Positions 40,577 through 50,958 of a stretch of DNA of 64,000 nt are shown piece after piece. Both the position numbers and the translations under genes were made by a program. The notes under the pieces were generated by a model, which was given only the letters and a program-made list of their open reading frames with translations, did no database searches and was not told the origin of the DNA. This stretch comes from Treponemataceae bacterium (GTDB lineage: Bacteria; Spirochaetota; Spirochaetia; Treponematales; Rectinemataceae): contig CAXXVZ010000003.1 of the NCBI GenBank assembly GCA_963678065.2, forward strand, positions 1,792,001-1,856,000, read 5' to 3'. The first letter of the stretch is position 1. Each line of letters starts with the position of its first letter.

Positions 40577-40658
40577 TGCGGCGAAGAAGACTTGAACTTC
40601 CATGCCTCTCGGCACTAGCACCTCAAGCTAGCGTGTCTACCAATTCCACCATCGCCGC
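40577..40658 (-). tRNA. tRNA-Leu (anticodon GAG)
   Basis: GCGGCGATGGTGGAATTGGTAGACACGCTAGCTTGAGGTGCTAGTGCCGAGAGGCATGGAAGTTCAAGTCTTCTTCGCCGCA: cloverleaf with long variable arm, CCA not encoded. Confidence 0.95.
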
Positions 40659-40789
40659 GTTTCAATGGCTAAATGTATATCAAAACCTCCGAATGCATGT
40701 CAATATACCGGTGGAGAAAAACGATCGGCCTCGCGGCGAGCTTCGGTACGCCCCTCCGGAGAAACGCCGGAATCGGCCATGGGACCCGA

Positions 40790-41560
40790 TCATTCCTTTT
40801 CGGGAAGCCTGCCGAGAAGGGCCAAAAGGCCATTCAGGATAGTCATCGGATGCGGCGGACAGCCGGGAATAAAAAGGTCGATGGGGATTATGCCGGTCGC
40901 GCCGTCGCTGGTGTCGGGAAGCCCCCGGTAGATGCCGCCTGAGATGGCGCAGGCTCCAATCGCTATGGCTATTTTCGGCGAGGGCATGGCTTCCCAGGTT
41001 TTTTTCAGCGCTTCTTCCATGTTCTTGCTGACAGGGCCGATGATTATGAGTCCATCAGCGTGACGCGGGGAAGCGGCATAGCTCAGGCCGAACCTGCTTA
41101 GGTCGAAGCCGATCGTTTCGAGAACATTTACGTCGGCCTCGCAGGCATTGCATCCTCCGGCGCTCACCACGCGGAATTTCATGGAGTGGCCGAATTTGGC
41201 GAGCATGTCCCGGCCCAGTTTTTCGATTCCCGCTTCAGAGGGGCCGCCGACCAGAAGATCTTCGCTTTTCCGGGCACCCATGCGAAACGAACCCGAAAAA
41301 ACTATGACCTTTTCAGGGCAGACCCTCGCGCATCCGCCGCAAAAAATACAGCGCCCGAGATCGAGGATGGGCTTCGGTGCAGTGGGCGGAATCGAAATGG
41401 CCGCGGTGGGGCATGCGCTTTCGCACAACCCGCAGGATGTACATTTTTCGGGGAATACTTCAGGCAGGCCGCGATAGCGGGGCGAGAGCATGGGATCCGC
41501 GGCCGGGAACCTGTTCGTCCTATAGCCCTGATGGAGTCGGGCGACAAAAGCGCGTATCAT
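40790..41560 (-). CDS. Ehr small subunit: 2x4Fe-4S domain fused to NuoB/HyfI-like domain
   Basis: CTSCGLCESACP, CIFCGGCARVCP, GGCNACE, SPRHAD, GACAISGG, IPGCPP. Confidence 0.88.
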   Translation of the reverse strand: MIRAFVARLHQGYRTNRFPAADPMLSPRYRGLPEVFPEKCTSCGLCESACPTAAISIPPTAPKPILDLGRCIFCGGCARVCPEKVIVFSGSFRMGARKSEDLLVGGPSEAGIEKLGRDMLAKFGHSMKFRVVSAGGCNACEADVNVLETIGFDLSRFGLSYAASPRHADGLIIIGPVSKNMEEALKKTWEAMPSPKIAIAIGACAISGGIYRGLPDTSDGATGIIPIDLFIPGCPPHPMTILNGLLALLGRLPEKE

Positions 41561-41569
41561 TGTCGAACC

Positions 41570-43105
41570 TCACAAATCGTGCCCGCAGTACGAGAGGTTG
41601 AAACTCTTGTTGCAAAGCGGGAAATCGGAAATTTGCTGGCCGCGGAGCGCGTAGGCGAGGCCGGACCAATTGTGAAACGAAGGATCGGTGATCTTGTAGG
41701 CGCTGAACCTGCCCTCCGACCCTGTCAGGGCGCAGTGACAGATTTCGCCACGCCAACCTTCGGTGAGGGCGACGGCGAAGGATTCGGGCATGTAGTCAGT
41801 CGGCGCACCTGGGCGCATGTCCGATCGGGCGCCGGACTGCCCAGGCGCCGCAGCTTTCATGACGGGGCCTTCCGGAAGGCTTCCGAGCGTATCGATGACA
41901 AAGCGGGCCGAGCGTTGGTATTCGAGCTGACGGACCATGGCGCGAGCCATCACGTCGCCTGTAGGATACGTGGAAATCGGCACATGGCTGTACTGGAAAA
42001 TACCCGTCGGAAAATCGCTCCGCACATCGGCGGAAAGCCCGCAGGCGCGGGCCGCCGGGCCTACAAGCCCAAGGCCAAAGACGTTCTCCTTTGTCAGCCG
42101 GCCTGTATCCTCAAAGCGTGCGAGGACGGAGGAGTTGTCCCAAAGGAGGTTCACCGCCTCGTCGGTCTGATCGAGCAGCGCCCGGGTCTTTCCGGAAAGC
42201 CCGGCCGCGAGATCGGCTTCCACATCGAACAGGGTTCCGCCGGGGCGCAGCAGATTTCGCCCGAAGCGATTGCCGCACAGTTCGGCCGTCAGGTTGAGAA
42301 AATCGCCGCGGAGCCGACCGCAGAACGATTTTGTCGGAAGATAGCCGACATCGCCAGAGAGGGCGCCCAGATCGCCCACATGGTTCGCCATACGCTCAAA
42401 TTCGAGAGCGATCGCCCTGATCGCTTCGGCGCGGGCCGGGGCTTTGGTAGCCGCAAGCGCCTCGCACAGGAGGGAATGGGCATAGCTGTGGCCAATGGTC
42501 GTGTCGCCCGCGGCAGTTTCCACAAAGGCTGCGGTCCTCCTGTCCGGCCCGCCCCGGAGGGCTTTTTCAAGGCCGCGATGCTGATAGCCGAGGACGATTT
42601 CCAGATGCATGACCGTTTCGCCGTTGCATTGGAAGCGGAAATGCCCCGGCTCGATGACTCCGGCGTGGACCGGCCCGACGGCGACCTCGTGGGCTTCGCC
42701 GCCGGATAATCGGTAGAAGCTTGTCGTAAAAGGATTTCTGACGGGCTTGAGCCAGGGATGCCCCTCGGGCATGACTCCTGTCTGCTCGTACAGCTCGCGC
42801 TCGAAAAGATGAACGTGCGGGCAATCGGGCGTGAGCGAAGGATATCGACCCCGCACTTCGGTCGAGACAGGATACAGTTCGCCTTTCCCTGAGTCGGCCA
42901 ACACGGCAAAAACGCGAACGCTCCCTTCGCTTTCACCTCCCTGTGCGGTCGGCGGAACGCACAGAGCAGTCGCCGGGACACCGAAAAACGCCGCTACATG
43001 TCCCCCCGAGCCGACGAGCCGGAGCAGCGCCGACCTGAATTCCTCAAACGATTGCAGGGGAATGTCGCTGAGCGGACAGGCCTCTCCGTTGTGAAGCGCC
43101 TTCAT
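41570..43105 (-). CDS. Ehr large subunit (HycE/HyfG-like, NiFe cysteines absent)
   Basis: VGPVHAGVIEPGHFRF, GYQHRG, EGWRG, DPSFHNW, DFPLCNKSFNLSY; ETAAGDT at the L1 position. Confidence 0.88.
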   Translation of the reverse strand: MKALHNGEACPLSDIPLQSFEEFRSALLRLVGSGGHVAAFFGVPATALCVPPTAQGGESEGSVRVFAVLADSGKGELYPVSTEVRGRYPSLTPDCPHVHLFERELYEQTGVMPEGHPWLKPVRNPFTTSFYRLSGGEAHEVAVGPVHAGVIEPGHFRFQCNGETVMHLEIVLGYQHRGLEKALRGGPDRRTAAFVETAAGDTTIGHSYAHSLLCEALAATKAPARAEAIRAIALEFERMANHVGDLGALSGDVGYLPTKSFCGRLRGDFLNLTAELCGNRFGRNLLRPGGTLFDVEADLAAGLSGKTRALLDQTDEAVNLLWDNSSVLARFEDTGRLTKENVFGLGLVGPAARACGLSADVRSDFPTGIFQYSHVPISTYPTGDVMARAMVRQLEYQRSARFVIDTLGSLPEGPVMKAAAPGQSGARSDMRPGAPTDYMPESFAVALTEGWRGEICHCALTGSEGRFSAYKITDPSFHNWSGLAYALRGQQISDFPLCNKSFNLSYCGHDL

Positions 43106-44643
43106 TTCACGCTCCAAAGAGATTCCGATGCCCTGGCGATGAGAGTGTGAAGCGTTTCGGGCATCCACAATCCGAGCACGAAGAGGATGGCGAGAGGCAG
43201 GATGACAACGATTTTTTCGGTCCATGTGGAGCCGCTCGTGGCCACAGCATCGGAGACGGGCGGCTTTTTCCACGCCACATCGATGGAATGCCGCAACATG
43301 ACAAGGAACACAAGGCTCGCGGCCGCGAGGACAAGGCCTAGCCCAACGTACGCTTTCATATCGACGGCCGCTTTTATAAGGAGAAACTCGCTCATGAATA
43401 CTCCGGACGGCGCGAGGCCGATGAGAACGAGGAGGCTCGCGACAAAACCCAGCCCCCAAAGCGGCCAGATTTTTGCCGCGCCGTCAAAGGCGGAAAAATC
43501 GTTGCTGTGGAGCCGCTTGCCCAGGGTGCCCGCCGTGTAGAACCCTACAGTCTTGGCAAGCGAATGATTGAGCGTGTGGAAGAGAGCCGCGAAAGTGCCG
43601 ACAGGTCCCAGCGAATAGCCGAACGCGATGATCCCCATGTGCTCGACAGAGCAGTAGGCGAGCATTCTTTTCGCGTCTTTCTGGAAAAATATGAAAATCG
43701 CTGAGAGCACGACCGAAAAGACGCCGATCACCATGAGAATTCCGAGAGGCCGACTCGCCGCCCAGGAAATGCCCGCCGCAGCGGAAGCTGAAACGTCGCC
43801 AATCTGACCCGCGCCCGCCGCTATCGGCAGAAAACGCAAGATGCAGTAGAGGGCCGTATTCAGGATGAAACCGGAGAACATGGCCGACACGGGGCCGGGC
43901 GCCTGGCTGTGCGCATCGGGAAGCCAGTTGTGCATCGGCGCGAGTCCGGCTTTTGTCCCATAACCTATCAGGATGAACACGAAGCCGGCCAGAACCAGCG
44001 TCGGTTCGAGCTTTTCTCTCACGCCGTATATGCGCACGAGAAGAAGGCTCTCGTTCCCCCCGAGACCCGCCTTCTGCGCGGCCGCCGCGGTCAGGAGCGT
44101 GCCTATGAACGCAAAGGCCACGCCCACCGAGCACATGATGATGTATTTCCACATGGCCTCTATCGATGCGGGATTTCCTTCCCGCATGATGAGGAAGGCG
44201 CTCAAGAGAGTGGAAGCCTCTATCCCCACCCACATGATCCCGATATTGCCTGAAATGAGCGCCAGGCTCATCGACGCGAGCGAGCCGAGCCAGAGCATGC
44301 CGAACCGTCTCGCCTTTCCGATGTCCATCGCCTTCCCCGAATCGAAATAGGAAATCGAGAAAAACGAGGCCGGCGTGAAGACCGCGAGAGTGAGTATCAT
44401 GAGGTGCCAGACAGAAAACATATCGATTCTCAAGATACCGGACGCGGCTGAAATGCTTCCCTCGCTCCATACAAGCGCGGCCGATCCGAGGCTCAGCGCA
44501 GCCGACAAGGCCGAAAAGGCCGCCATCAGGACGAGCACCGTTTTAGCCTTCCTCGCCAGAAGCATGAGGAGGATGCCCGCCGCCGGAATTGCGAGGAAAC
44601 TGGTCAGAACAAACGAATTCAGCAATCCAGAATCATGCATCAC
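43102..44643 (-). CDS. Antiporter-like membrane subunit (HyfF-like)
   Basis: WVGIEAST, EAMWKY, GYGTKAGLAPMHNWLPDAHSQAP, KRMLAYCSVEHMG. Confidence 0.88.
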   Translation of the reverse strand: MMHDSGLLNSFVLTSFLAIPAAGILLMLLARKAKTVLVLMAAFSALSAALSLGSAALVWSEGSISAASGILRIDMFSVWHLMILTLAVFTPASFFSISYFDSGKAMDIGKARRFGMLWLGSLASMSLALISGNIGIMWVGIEASTLLSAFLIMREGNPASIEAMWKYIIMCSVGVAFAFIGTLLTAAAAQKAGLGGNESLLLVRIYGVREKLEPTLVLAGFVFILIGYGTKAGLAPMHNWLPDAHSQAPGPVSAMFSGFILNTALYCILRFLPIAAGAGQIGDVSASAAAGISWAASRPLGILMVIGVFSVVLSAIFIFFQKDAKRMLAYCSVEHMGIIAFGYSLGPVGTFAALFHTLNHSLAKTVGFYTAGTLGKRLHSNDFSAFDGAAKIWPLWGLGFVASLLVLIGLAPSGVFMSEFLLIKAAVDMKAYVGLGLVLAAASLVFLVMLRHSIDVAWKKPPVSDAVATSGSTWTEKIVVILPLAILFVLGLWMPETLHTLIARASESLWSVK

Positions 44644-44644
44644 A

Positions 44645-45289
44645 TCATCCTTTCAGCGAGTCGAGCTTCTGGACATCCAGGTGCTCGAATTCCTCGTGTA
44701 TCTTGTTGGTGGCGACCGACATGACGAAAACTGCCACAATCGCATCGAAGAGGACCCCGAGTTCGACGAGAAGGGGGATTTCCCGCACAAGAGTCAAGCC
44801 CAGACAGTAAATTCCGTTTTCAAGGAGTATGTAGCCGATTATCTGCATGACAGCGAGCCGCCTGCCCACGATCAGGAATGTTCCCGCGAAGATGGTCGTG
44901 AGGGCGACTGTCGAAATGAGGAGTGACTCAGGATCGAGGAAGGCCATCCTCGAGCTCAGCCAGAGAGAAAGCGCGAACAGGACAAGCGTGATAAGCGTCG
45001 AACTGAAGTAGCCGACGAAGGGCTTGAGTTCCCTGTCCGTCCCCGACCCGAGAATGGACTTGTGGAGCAGGCGCGGGAACAGAATACCCCGCAGGATTAT
45101 TCCCGCGGCGGCGATTACGAGGAGTTCCGCGGACATTCCGAGCTCGAACCCGATGATGGCCGGCAAAAGGCCCAGCGCAAAGCCCTGTATGCTCACGACA
45201 TGTATGCACGTGCCAAGGCGGCTGTTGGCCGATAACACCAAGTCCGTGACAAGGATGGCCACAAGGAGCACTTCGATAAGCGTTGTCAT
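44645..45289 (-). CDS. HyfE-like membrane subunit
   Basis: GYILLENGI, PLLVELGVLFD; operon position. Confidence 0.85.
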   Translation of the reverse strand: MTTLIEVLLVAILVTDLVLSANSRLGTCIHVVSIQGFALGLLPAIIGFELGMSAELLVIAAAGIILRGILFPRLLHKSILGSGTDRELKPFVGYFSSTLITLVLFALSLWLSSRMAFLDPESLLISTVALTTIFAGTFLIVGRRLAVMQIIGYILLENGIYCLGLTLVREIPLLVELGVLFDAIVAVFVMSVATNKIHEEFEHLDVQKLDSLKG

Positions 45290-46206
45290 AGAATCCCCTT
45301 CAAAAGCAGAGCCACGAAGGAAAGTGCCATGGCCGAACCGAGGAGCTGCGGCACCTTCATCATACGGAGTCTCGCCATCGCCGACTCTATCGCTCCCGTC
45401 GCCACGGAGAGCGCGACAACCATGACAAGCATGAGGCCAGTCCTCAAAAGCAGGCCCTGTCCAAACAGCGGAAGGACGGTATCGGCAACCAGCACAAAAA
45501 AGAACCAGAGCTTGAGTCCGGAAGCGTATTCGATGAATGCCAAGTCCGGGCCGCTGTTGTCCAGAATCATCACTTCATGGATCATGGTAAGTTCGAGATG
45601 GGTTGTGGGGTCATCCACGGGTATGCGCGAGTTTTCTGAAAGGGCGAGGATGAAAAAGGCCGTCGCCGTCAGTGAAAGCACGACGCCGTTATCGGCGTAG
45701 GAGCCAGCCGAAAGGGCCGAAAGGGCGGACCAAAGCGATCTGCCGCCCGGAATTCCTGAAACCGCGGCGAAACCTACAAGCACGGCCGGCTCGGCGAAGA
45801 CGGCGAAAAAAGCTTCCCTGTTCGCACCCATCCCCTCGAAGGGCGAGGCGGTATCGAGGGCGGCAAGGATGGTGAGAAACCGGGCCAGCCCCAGAAGATA
45901 TACGATCACGACAAAGTCTCCCCTGAACGCCACAAGTCCAGGGAAACTTCCGAATGGCAGCCATGCACAGGCGAGTAAGGCCACGGCCAACGAAACGAGG
46001 GGCGCAAGCTTGAATAGCCATGTGGATGAAGAGCTATAGACTGTCCCTTTCCCGAGCAGTTTCCAGAGGTCGCGATACATCTGGAGAATCGGAAACCCCT
46101 TCCTTCCTGCGAAAAAAGCCTTTGTCCTGCGAATTATCCCTACAATCAGCGGAGAAAACAGAAGGGCGAGCAGAATTGGCAGAAACGATTCGATGGTGAG
46201 TTTCAT
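45286..46206 (-). CDS. HyfC/NuoH-like membrane subunit
   Basis: DTASPFEGMGANRE, ENSRIPVDDPTTHLELTMIHE. Confidence 0.88.
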   Translation of the reverse strand: MKLTIESFLPILLALLFSPLIVGIIRRTKAFFAGRKGFPILQMYRDLWKLLGKGTVYSSSSTWLFKLAPLVSLAVALLACAWLPFGSFPGLVAFRGDFVVIVYLLGLARFLTILAALDTASPFEGMGANREAFFAVFAEPAVLVGFAAVSGIPGGRSLWSALSALSAGSYADNGVVLSLTATAFFILALSENSRIPVDDPTTHLELTMIHEVMILDNSGPDLAFIEYASGLKLWFFFVLVADTVLPLFGQGLLLRTGLMLVMVVALSVATGAIESAMARLRMMKVPQLLGSAMALSFVALLLKGIL

Positions 46207-48188
46207 AGGCCAAGACTCCACACGAGAGCCGCGAACAGGGCGGCGACTATATATAGAACATAAAGATGTATGTTGCCGTGCTGAATCACCGTCACGCGCG
46301 CGAACATATCCTGGAGCCGTCGGTAGCCGGAAACGATCCTTCGCATGACGGGGTCCGAGGTTTCTGTCCTGAATTCCGCTTCCGCCGGGAAAAATCCGCG
46401 ATCGACAGGATTCGGCGCCTTGGTCTTTGTCAGCGGCCGGGTGAACGACAAAATCGGCTCGGCAAAAGAGCTGGCCGTGTACTGCATCCTCGAGTCGGGT
46501 CTGTCGTACCCGCAGCCCCAGGTTTCACGCACGGACACTTCCTTGCCCGCAAGCGCGCGCTTTCGCACAAAATAGAGGATACCGACAAGAGCGAGCAGGG
46601 CAAAGGCGATGATCTGGATTGAGGACAGCGTAGTGCGTATGGCCGAAATCGAAGCGTCGAGGGAATAAATCTGGAGATCCGCGAGGACATTTTCCATTCC
46701 GCCCAAGGCGGCGCCCGGGAAAAGGCCGACCGCGACGCACAGGAGTCCTAGCGCCACCATGGGCCAATACATGGAAGGCGACACCTCATGAGCGTGCTCC
46801 GCTTCACGGCTCCGTGGCTCGCCCAGGAGGGCGATACCGACAAGCTTCGCGAACGCGTACACGGCGAGCGCGCCAATCAGACTCAAACCCGCGATGACAA
46901 GGATGGAAAAGGCCGCGGTCGCGAACTGAGTCGGAAATGAGACGCCTACCGCGCTTGAATAGATCAGAAACTCGCTCGCGAAGCCGCCCAGCGGCGGCAA
47001 ACCGGAAATGGCGACCGCTCCCAAAACCATCGTCGCGCCCGTGCGCGGCAGGCGCTTCAAGAGTCCGCCCATCCGGTTAAGGTCGAGCGTTTCCGCGCTT
47101 GTCTGCAAGGATCCCGCTCCGAGGAAAAGGAGGCTTTTGAAAAGCGAGTGGTTCAGAACATGCAAAAGCGCTCCCGCGAATCCAAGGAACATGAGCGTCG
47201 TATTTCCGCACGCTTCTCCCAATATCCCGATTCCGAGCGCCATGCCGATGATGCCGATATTCTCCACGCTGGAATAGGCGAGCATCCCCTTCATGTTTTG
47301 CCGCGAGATTGCCATGACTATCCCCGCAAGCCCCGATACGACACCCAGTATGAGGATGAGCCAGCCTTCCCATGGACGAATTTCGCCCATAAACGAGAGG
47401 ACAAGGAGAATCCCGTAGATGGCGGTCTTGATCATGACTCCCGACATGATCGCTGAAACGTGGCTCGGGGCGGCAGGATGCGCCTCGGGAAGCCAGACAT
47501 GAGCGGGAAAGAAGCCGGCCTTCATCCCAAATCCGATAAGAGCGCATACAAACAGGATGGCGGACAGATCCGGCGCTATGTGCGAGGCGTGGGACCTGAA
47601 CGCTTCGAAGTCGAAGGAACCGCTTTCCCGCGCGAGGAGTGAGAACATGACGAGGAGAAAAGCCGCCCCCACATGGGTAAACACGAGATATATCCACCCT
47701 GCCCTTCTTGTTTCGGGCCTCTCGTTCGAAAATTCCACAAGAAAATAGCTCGAAAGCGACATGAGTTCCCACGAAATCATGAAAAATACGGCATTTTCGG
47801 CAGTCACCACGCACATCATGCTGACGACGAGCGCGTTGAAAAGGAACCAATGCTGCTTAAGACGGCCAGGAATCTCGCCGTAATGCCGCAGATATCCCGG
47901 GGCGTACACAGAAGCGAGGCCAGACACGAGCGAAATGAGCAAGAGGAAAAAAGACGAGAGTGGTTTGAGGGAAAAAAGCGCCTGTCCGGCCGGCAGCCGC
48001 CAGAAAACAAGGTAAATCTCGTGCCCCGGGTTCCCAGACACGCCCAGAATGCCCGCAATGAATACAAAGACACATCCTGTCACACCCGCTATCATCCCGG
48101 CGCGGTTGACCCGCTCAGCCGTTTTCTGAAAGACGGGGAAAAGCCATCCCGCCAGCAGAACCGCAATGCCTACACCGTAGAATATCAT
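46203..48188 (-). CDS. Antiporter-like membrane subunit (HyfB-like)
   Basis: WELMSLSS, HVWLPEAHPAAPSHVSA, LAYSSVENIG, NHSLFKSLLF, TWGCGY, RMQYTASSF. Confidence 0.88.
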   Translation of the reverse strand: MIFYGVGIAVLLAGWLFPVFQKTAERVNRAGMIAGVTGCVFVFIAGILGVSGNPGHEIYLVFWRLPAGQALFSLKPLSSFFLLLISLVSGLASVYAPGYLRHYGEIPGRLKQHWFLFNALVVSMMCVVTAENAVFFMISWELMSLSSYFLVEFSNERPETRRAGWIYLVFTHVGAAFLLVMFSLLARESGSFDFEAFRSHASHIAPDLSAILFVCALIGFGMKAGFFPAHVWLPEAHPAAPSHVSAIMSGVMIKTAIYGILLVLSFMGEIRPWEGWLILILGVVSGLAGIVMAISRQNMKGMLAYSSVENIGIIGMALGIGILGEACGNTTLMFLGFAGALLHVLNHSLFKSLLFLGAGSLQTSAETLDLNRMGGLLKRLPRTGATMVLGAVAISGLPPLGGFASEFLIYSSAVGVSFPTQFATAAFSILVIAGLSLIGALAVYAFAKLVGIALLGEPRSREAEHAHEVSPSMYWPMVALGLLCVAVGLFPGAALGGMENVLADLQIYSLDASISAIRTTLSSIQIIAFALLALVGILYFVRKRALAGKEVSVRETWGCGYDRPDSRMQYTASSFAEPILSFTRPLTKTKAPNPVDRGFFPAEAEFRTETSDPVMRRIVSGYRRLQDMFARVTVIQHGNIHLYVLYIVAALFAALVWSLGL

Positions 48189-48261
48189 CGTTCCCTCTTC
48201 ATATCCGAAATGCGCGACGAAGACCGCCGATGACGGGCACACTTCGCGCTGGCCCCGCCTC

Positions 48262-48954
48262 TCATGCCGGTTTTTCTCCGCCGCCCGTTTTCTGCTCGAT
48301 GGCGTGAACAGCATCGAGAATTCTATCTCTGGACGCTCCGGAATCAAGAAGTTGCCTGAATCCCTCGTCCCGCAGGACGAACATGAGCATGGAAAGGAGG
48401 CGAAGGTGACATTTTATGCTGGGCGACACCATGGAAAAAACGATTCTCACCGGTTGGCCGTCCATGGCGCCAAAGTCCACGGGCTCTTCCAGGAAACACA
48501 GGGCGACCGAGGGCGTTTCCGCCCGAACGACCACAGGATTGCGCACGTGGGGTATCGCTATTCCCTCGCCTATGGCTGTCGTCCCGAGCTTTTCGCGGGC
48601 GAGGAGAAACTGATAGAACAGTTCCCTGTCGGTTCCTTCCGGAAGTTTGATGTAATTGGCCACGGATCGGACAACCTCATCCCGGATCTTTCCCTCTACA
48701 CGGTAAAAAATTCCCCCATTCTCCAAGGCCTGCGACAAGGTAAAATCGCAAACCGGATCCTTTTCTTCGTCAGTTTCGAAATGAGGATCTATCCGGACCT
48801 TGTGCGAAGCCGACCACTCGAGCAGTTCCTCATGGCTGAAGCGATATTGGCCGTTTATGCGATAGTGCGGCAGATTGTCGCTCGCTATCCAGCGATAGAC
48901 CGATTTTTCGGAAATATCGAAAAGGCGGGCGACATCCTTGACCGAAAGCTTCAT
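48262..48954 (-). CDS. HTH (excisionase-like)-PTS EIIA fusion protein
   Basis: LSVKDVARLFDISEKSVYRW N-terminus; REKLGTTAIGEGIAIPHVR. Confidence 0.87.
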   Translation of the reverse strand: MKLSVKDVARLFDISEKSVYRWIASDNLPHYRINGQYRFSHEELLEWSASHKVRIDPHFETDEEKDPVCDFTLSQALENGGIFYRVEGKIRDEVVRSVANYIKLPEGTDRELFYQFLLAREKLGTTAIGEGIAIPHVRNPVVVRAETPSVALCFLEEPVDFGAMDGQPVRIVFSMVSPSIKCHLRLLSMLMFVLRDEGFRQLLDSGASRDRILDAVHAIEQKTGGGEKPA

Positions 48955-49096
48955 GTAGCTTCCTCCAAAACTGACTTCTGCTTTGATACCGACAGGCGCC
49001 AAGGCGCAGACGCATCCGGAAAGCGGACACAGACGCGACAATTGTCTCGTTCGCGAGAAAATTGACCAAACGAGAATGTCTAACAGTACACCACAT

Positions 49097-49134
49097 AAAA
49101 AAGGCCTGTCCAGACTTATTGCTGGACAGGCCCT
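49097..49134 (-). terminator. Intrinsic terminator after hcp
   Basis: AAAAAA-GGCCTGTCCAG...CTGGACAGGCC. Confidence 0.72.
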
Positions 49135-49210
49135 CTGCCGGGTAGGCCTGAAATGCCGACTGATTCTGTTATGCGCCCGTCATCATCGCTCTCGATGATG
49201 GCAGATTCTG

Positions 49211-50860
49211 TTATGCGCCCGCCATCATCGAGGCGACGTCGTCCGCCGGATTCGCGATGCCCTTGATGTCGAAGGTCTTCACGAGAATATCGGCGACTGC
49301 GGGCGAGAGGAAGGCGGGGAGGCTCGGCCCGAGTCTGATGTTCTTGAATCCGAGGTGCAAGAGGGCGAGGAGGACGAGGACAGCTTTCTGTTCGTACCAT
49401 GCGATGTCGAAGGAGAGTGGCAGCTCGTTCACGTCGTCGAGGCCGAAAACTTCCTTCAGCTTGAGGGCGATGAGGGCCAGGGAGTAGGAATCGTTGCACT
49501 GGCCGGCGTCGAGGACACGGGGAATTCCGCCGATGTCGCCCAGAGCGAGCTTGTTGTAGCGGTACTTGGCGCAGCCCGCAGTCAGGATGACGGCGTCATT
49601 CGGGAGTTCCTTGGCCACATCCGTGTAGTAACCGCGGCTCTTCTGGCGGCCGTCGCAGCCGGCCATGACGACGAAGCGCTTGATGGCCCCGGATTTGACC
49701 GCGTCGACGATGGGTCCCGCGAGGGCGAAGACTTGGTCGTGGGCGAATCCTCCGACGATCTCGCCGTCCTCGATCTGGACGGGAGGCGGGCAGGTTTTCG
49801 CGAGCCCGACGATGGCCGAGAAGTCCTTCATGCCGCCCGCAAGGCGATCAGGGATGAAGGCGCAGCCGTCGAATCCGACGACGCCGGTCGTGAAGACACG
49901 CGCCTTGTAGCTGTCCTTGGGAGGGACGAGACAGTTGGACGTGAGGAGGACGGGGCCGTTGAAGGTCTCGAAGTCGCTCGTCTGGGTGTACCAGGCGCCG
50001 CCGTAGTTGCCGTAGAGGTTGTCGTACTTCTCGAAGAAGGGATAGTAGTGCGCGGGGAGCATCTCGCCGTGGGTGTAGACGTCGACGCCCGTGCCCTTTG
50101 TCTGCTCGAGAAGGTCATGCAGGTCGCGAAGGTCGTGCCCGGAGATGAGGATGCCGGGGCGGCTGCGGGTGCCCGTCTTGACCTTGGTGATCCTGGGCGA
50201 GCCATAGCTGCCGGTGTTGGCGGAATCGAGGAGAGCCATGGCGTCGACGCCGAACTTGCCGGTCTCGAGGACGAGGGCGGTCAGCGCCTTCGCGGAGAGG
50301 CTCGTGTCGGTCAGGGCGGAAAGCGCGCGGAGCATAAAGAGGAAAACATCGCGCGAAGACTTTCCGATGGCGTAGGCGTGCTCGATGTATGCCGCCATGC
50401 CCTTGAGGCCGTAGAGGACGAGGGACTGAAGGCTGCGGACATCTTCATTTTCGACAGCCATCCAGCCGCCGAGTCCGCTCTCGGCCGCGACCTTGATCGC
50501 TTCGTCGGAGAGGGCGGACCAGAGGGCCGCCGCCGGCGCGGCTGCGCCTGGAGCGAGGTCGGCGACGGCGCCGCGGAGTTCGTCCCTGCGGACAAGTCCT
50601 TCCTTGATCCAGCGCAGGAAATCGGATTCGGAGAAGTTGGCGTTGGTGATCGTCGCAAAGAGCGACTTGGTAACGAACATGCACGTTCCTTCATTATATA
50701 CACCCGCTTGTGCGGCGGCCGTCCCCCAATAGCCGATGCCCTCGCAGACAAAGATCAGAAGGTCCTGAAGGTTCGATACATTGCCGGTCTTGCCGCATAC
50801 GCCCCTGGCTGCGTCGCAGCCGGTGTTCCTCATGGTCTCCTGGCACTGATGACAGAACAT
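49211..50860 (-). CDS. hcp: Hybrid cluster protein (hydroxylamine/NO reductase)
   Basis: MFCHQCQET...[43 protein letters not shown]. Confidence 0.95.
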   Translation of the reverse strand: MFCHQCQETMRNTGCDAARGVCGKTGNVSNLQDLLIFVCEGIGYWGTAAAQAGVYNEGTCMFVTKSLFATITNANFSESDFLRWIKEGLVRRDELRGAVADLAPGAAAPAAALWSALSDEAIKVAAESGLGGWMAVENEDVRSLQSLVLYGLKGMAAYIEHAYAIGKSSRDVFLFMLRALSALTDTSLSAKALTALVLETGKFGVDAMALLDSANTGSYGSPRITKVKTGTRSRPGILISGHDLRDLHDLLEQTKGTGVDVYTHGEMLPAHYYPFFEKYDNLYGNYGGAWYTQTSDFETFNGPVLLTSNCLVPPKDSYKARVFTTGVVGFDGCAFIPDRLAGGMKDFSAIVGLAKTCPPPVQIEDGEIVGGFAHDQVFALAGPIVDAVKSGAIKRFVVMAGCDGRQKSRGYYTDVAKELPNDAVILTAGCAKYRYNKLALGDIGGIPRVLDAGQCNDSYSLALIALKLKEVFGLDDVNELPLSFDIAWYEQKAVLVLLALLHLGFKNIRLGPSLPAFLSPAVADILVKTFDIKGIANPADDVASMMAGA

Positions 50861-50958
50861 GGAATCCTCCTTGTCGTTTCGGGATCCCGAAGACCCCGTT
50901 CCTATCATGATTTCTGACGTACTCCGACGTCATTGCGTCCACAACGCGACTGCGGCAT

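Larger units (their letters stand above)
34078..40628. mobile_element. ~6.5 kb integrative element (satellite/PICI-like) inserted in tRNA-Leu(GAG)
   Basis: 52-bp direct repeats (34078-34129 and 40577-40628) matching the tRNA 3' half; integrase next to the tRNA; lower GC; xis-like, DUF3631-type and TA genes. Confidence 0.9.

Noticed and set aside
41570..43105. Functional group 4 [NiFe]-hydrogenase
   Set aside because: Both metal-binding CxxC motifs are missing
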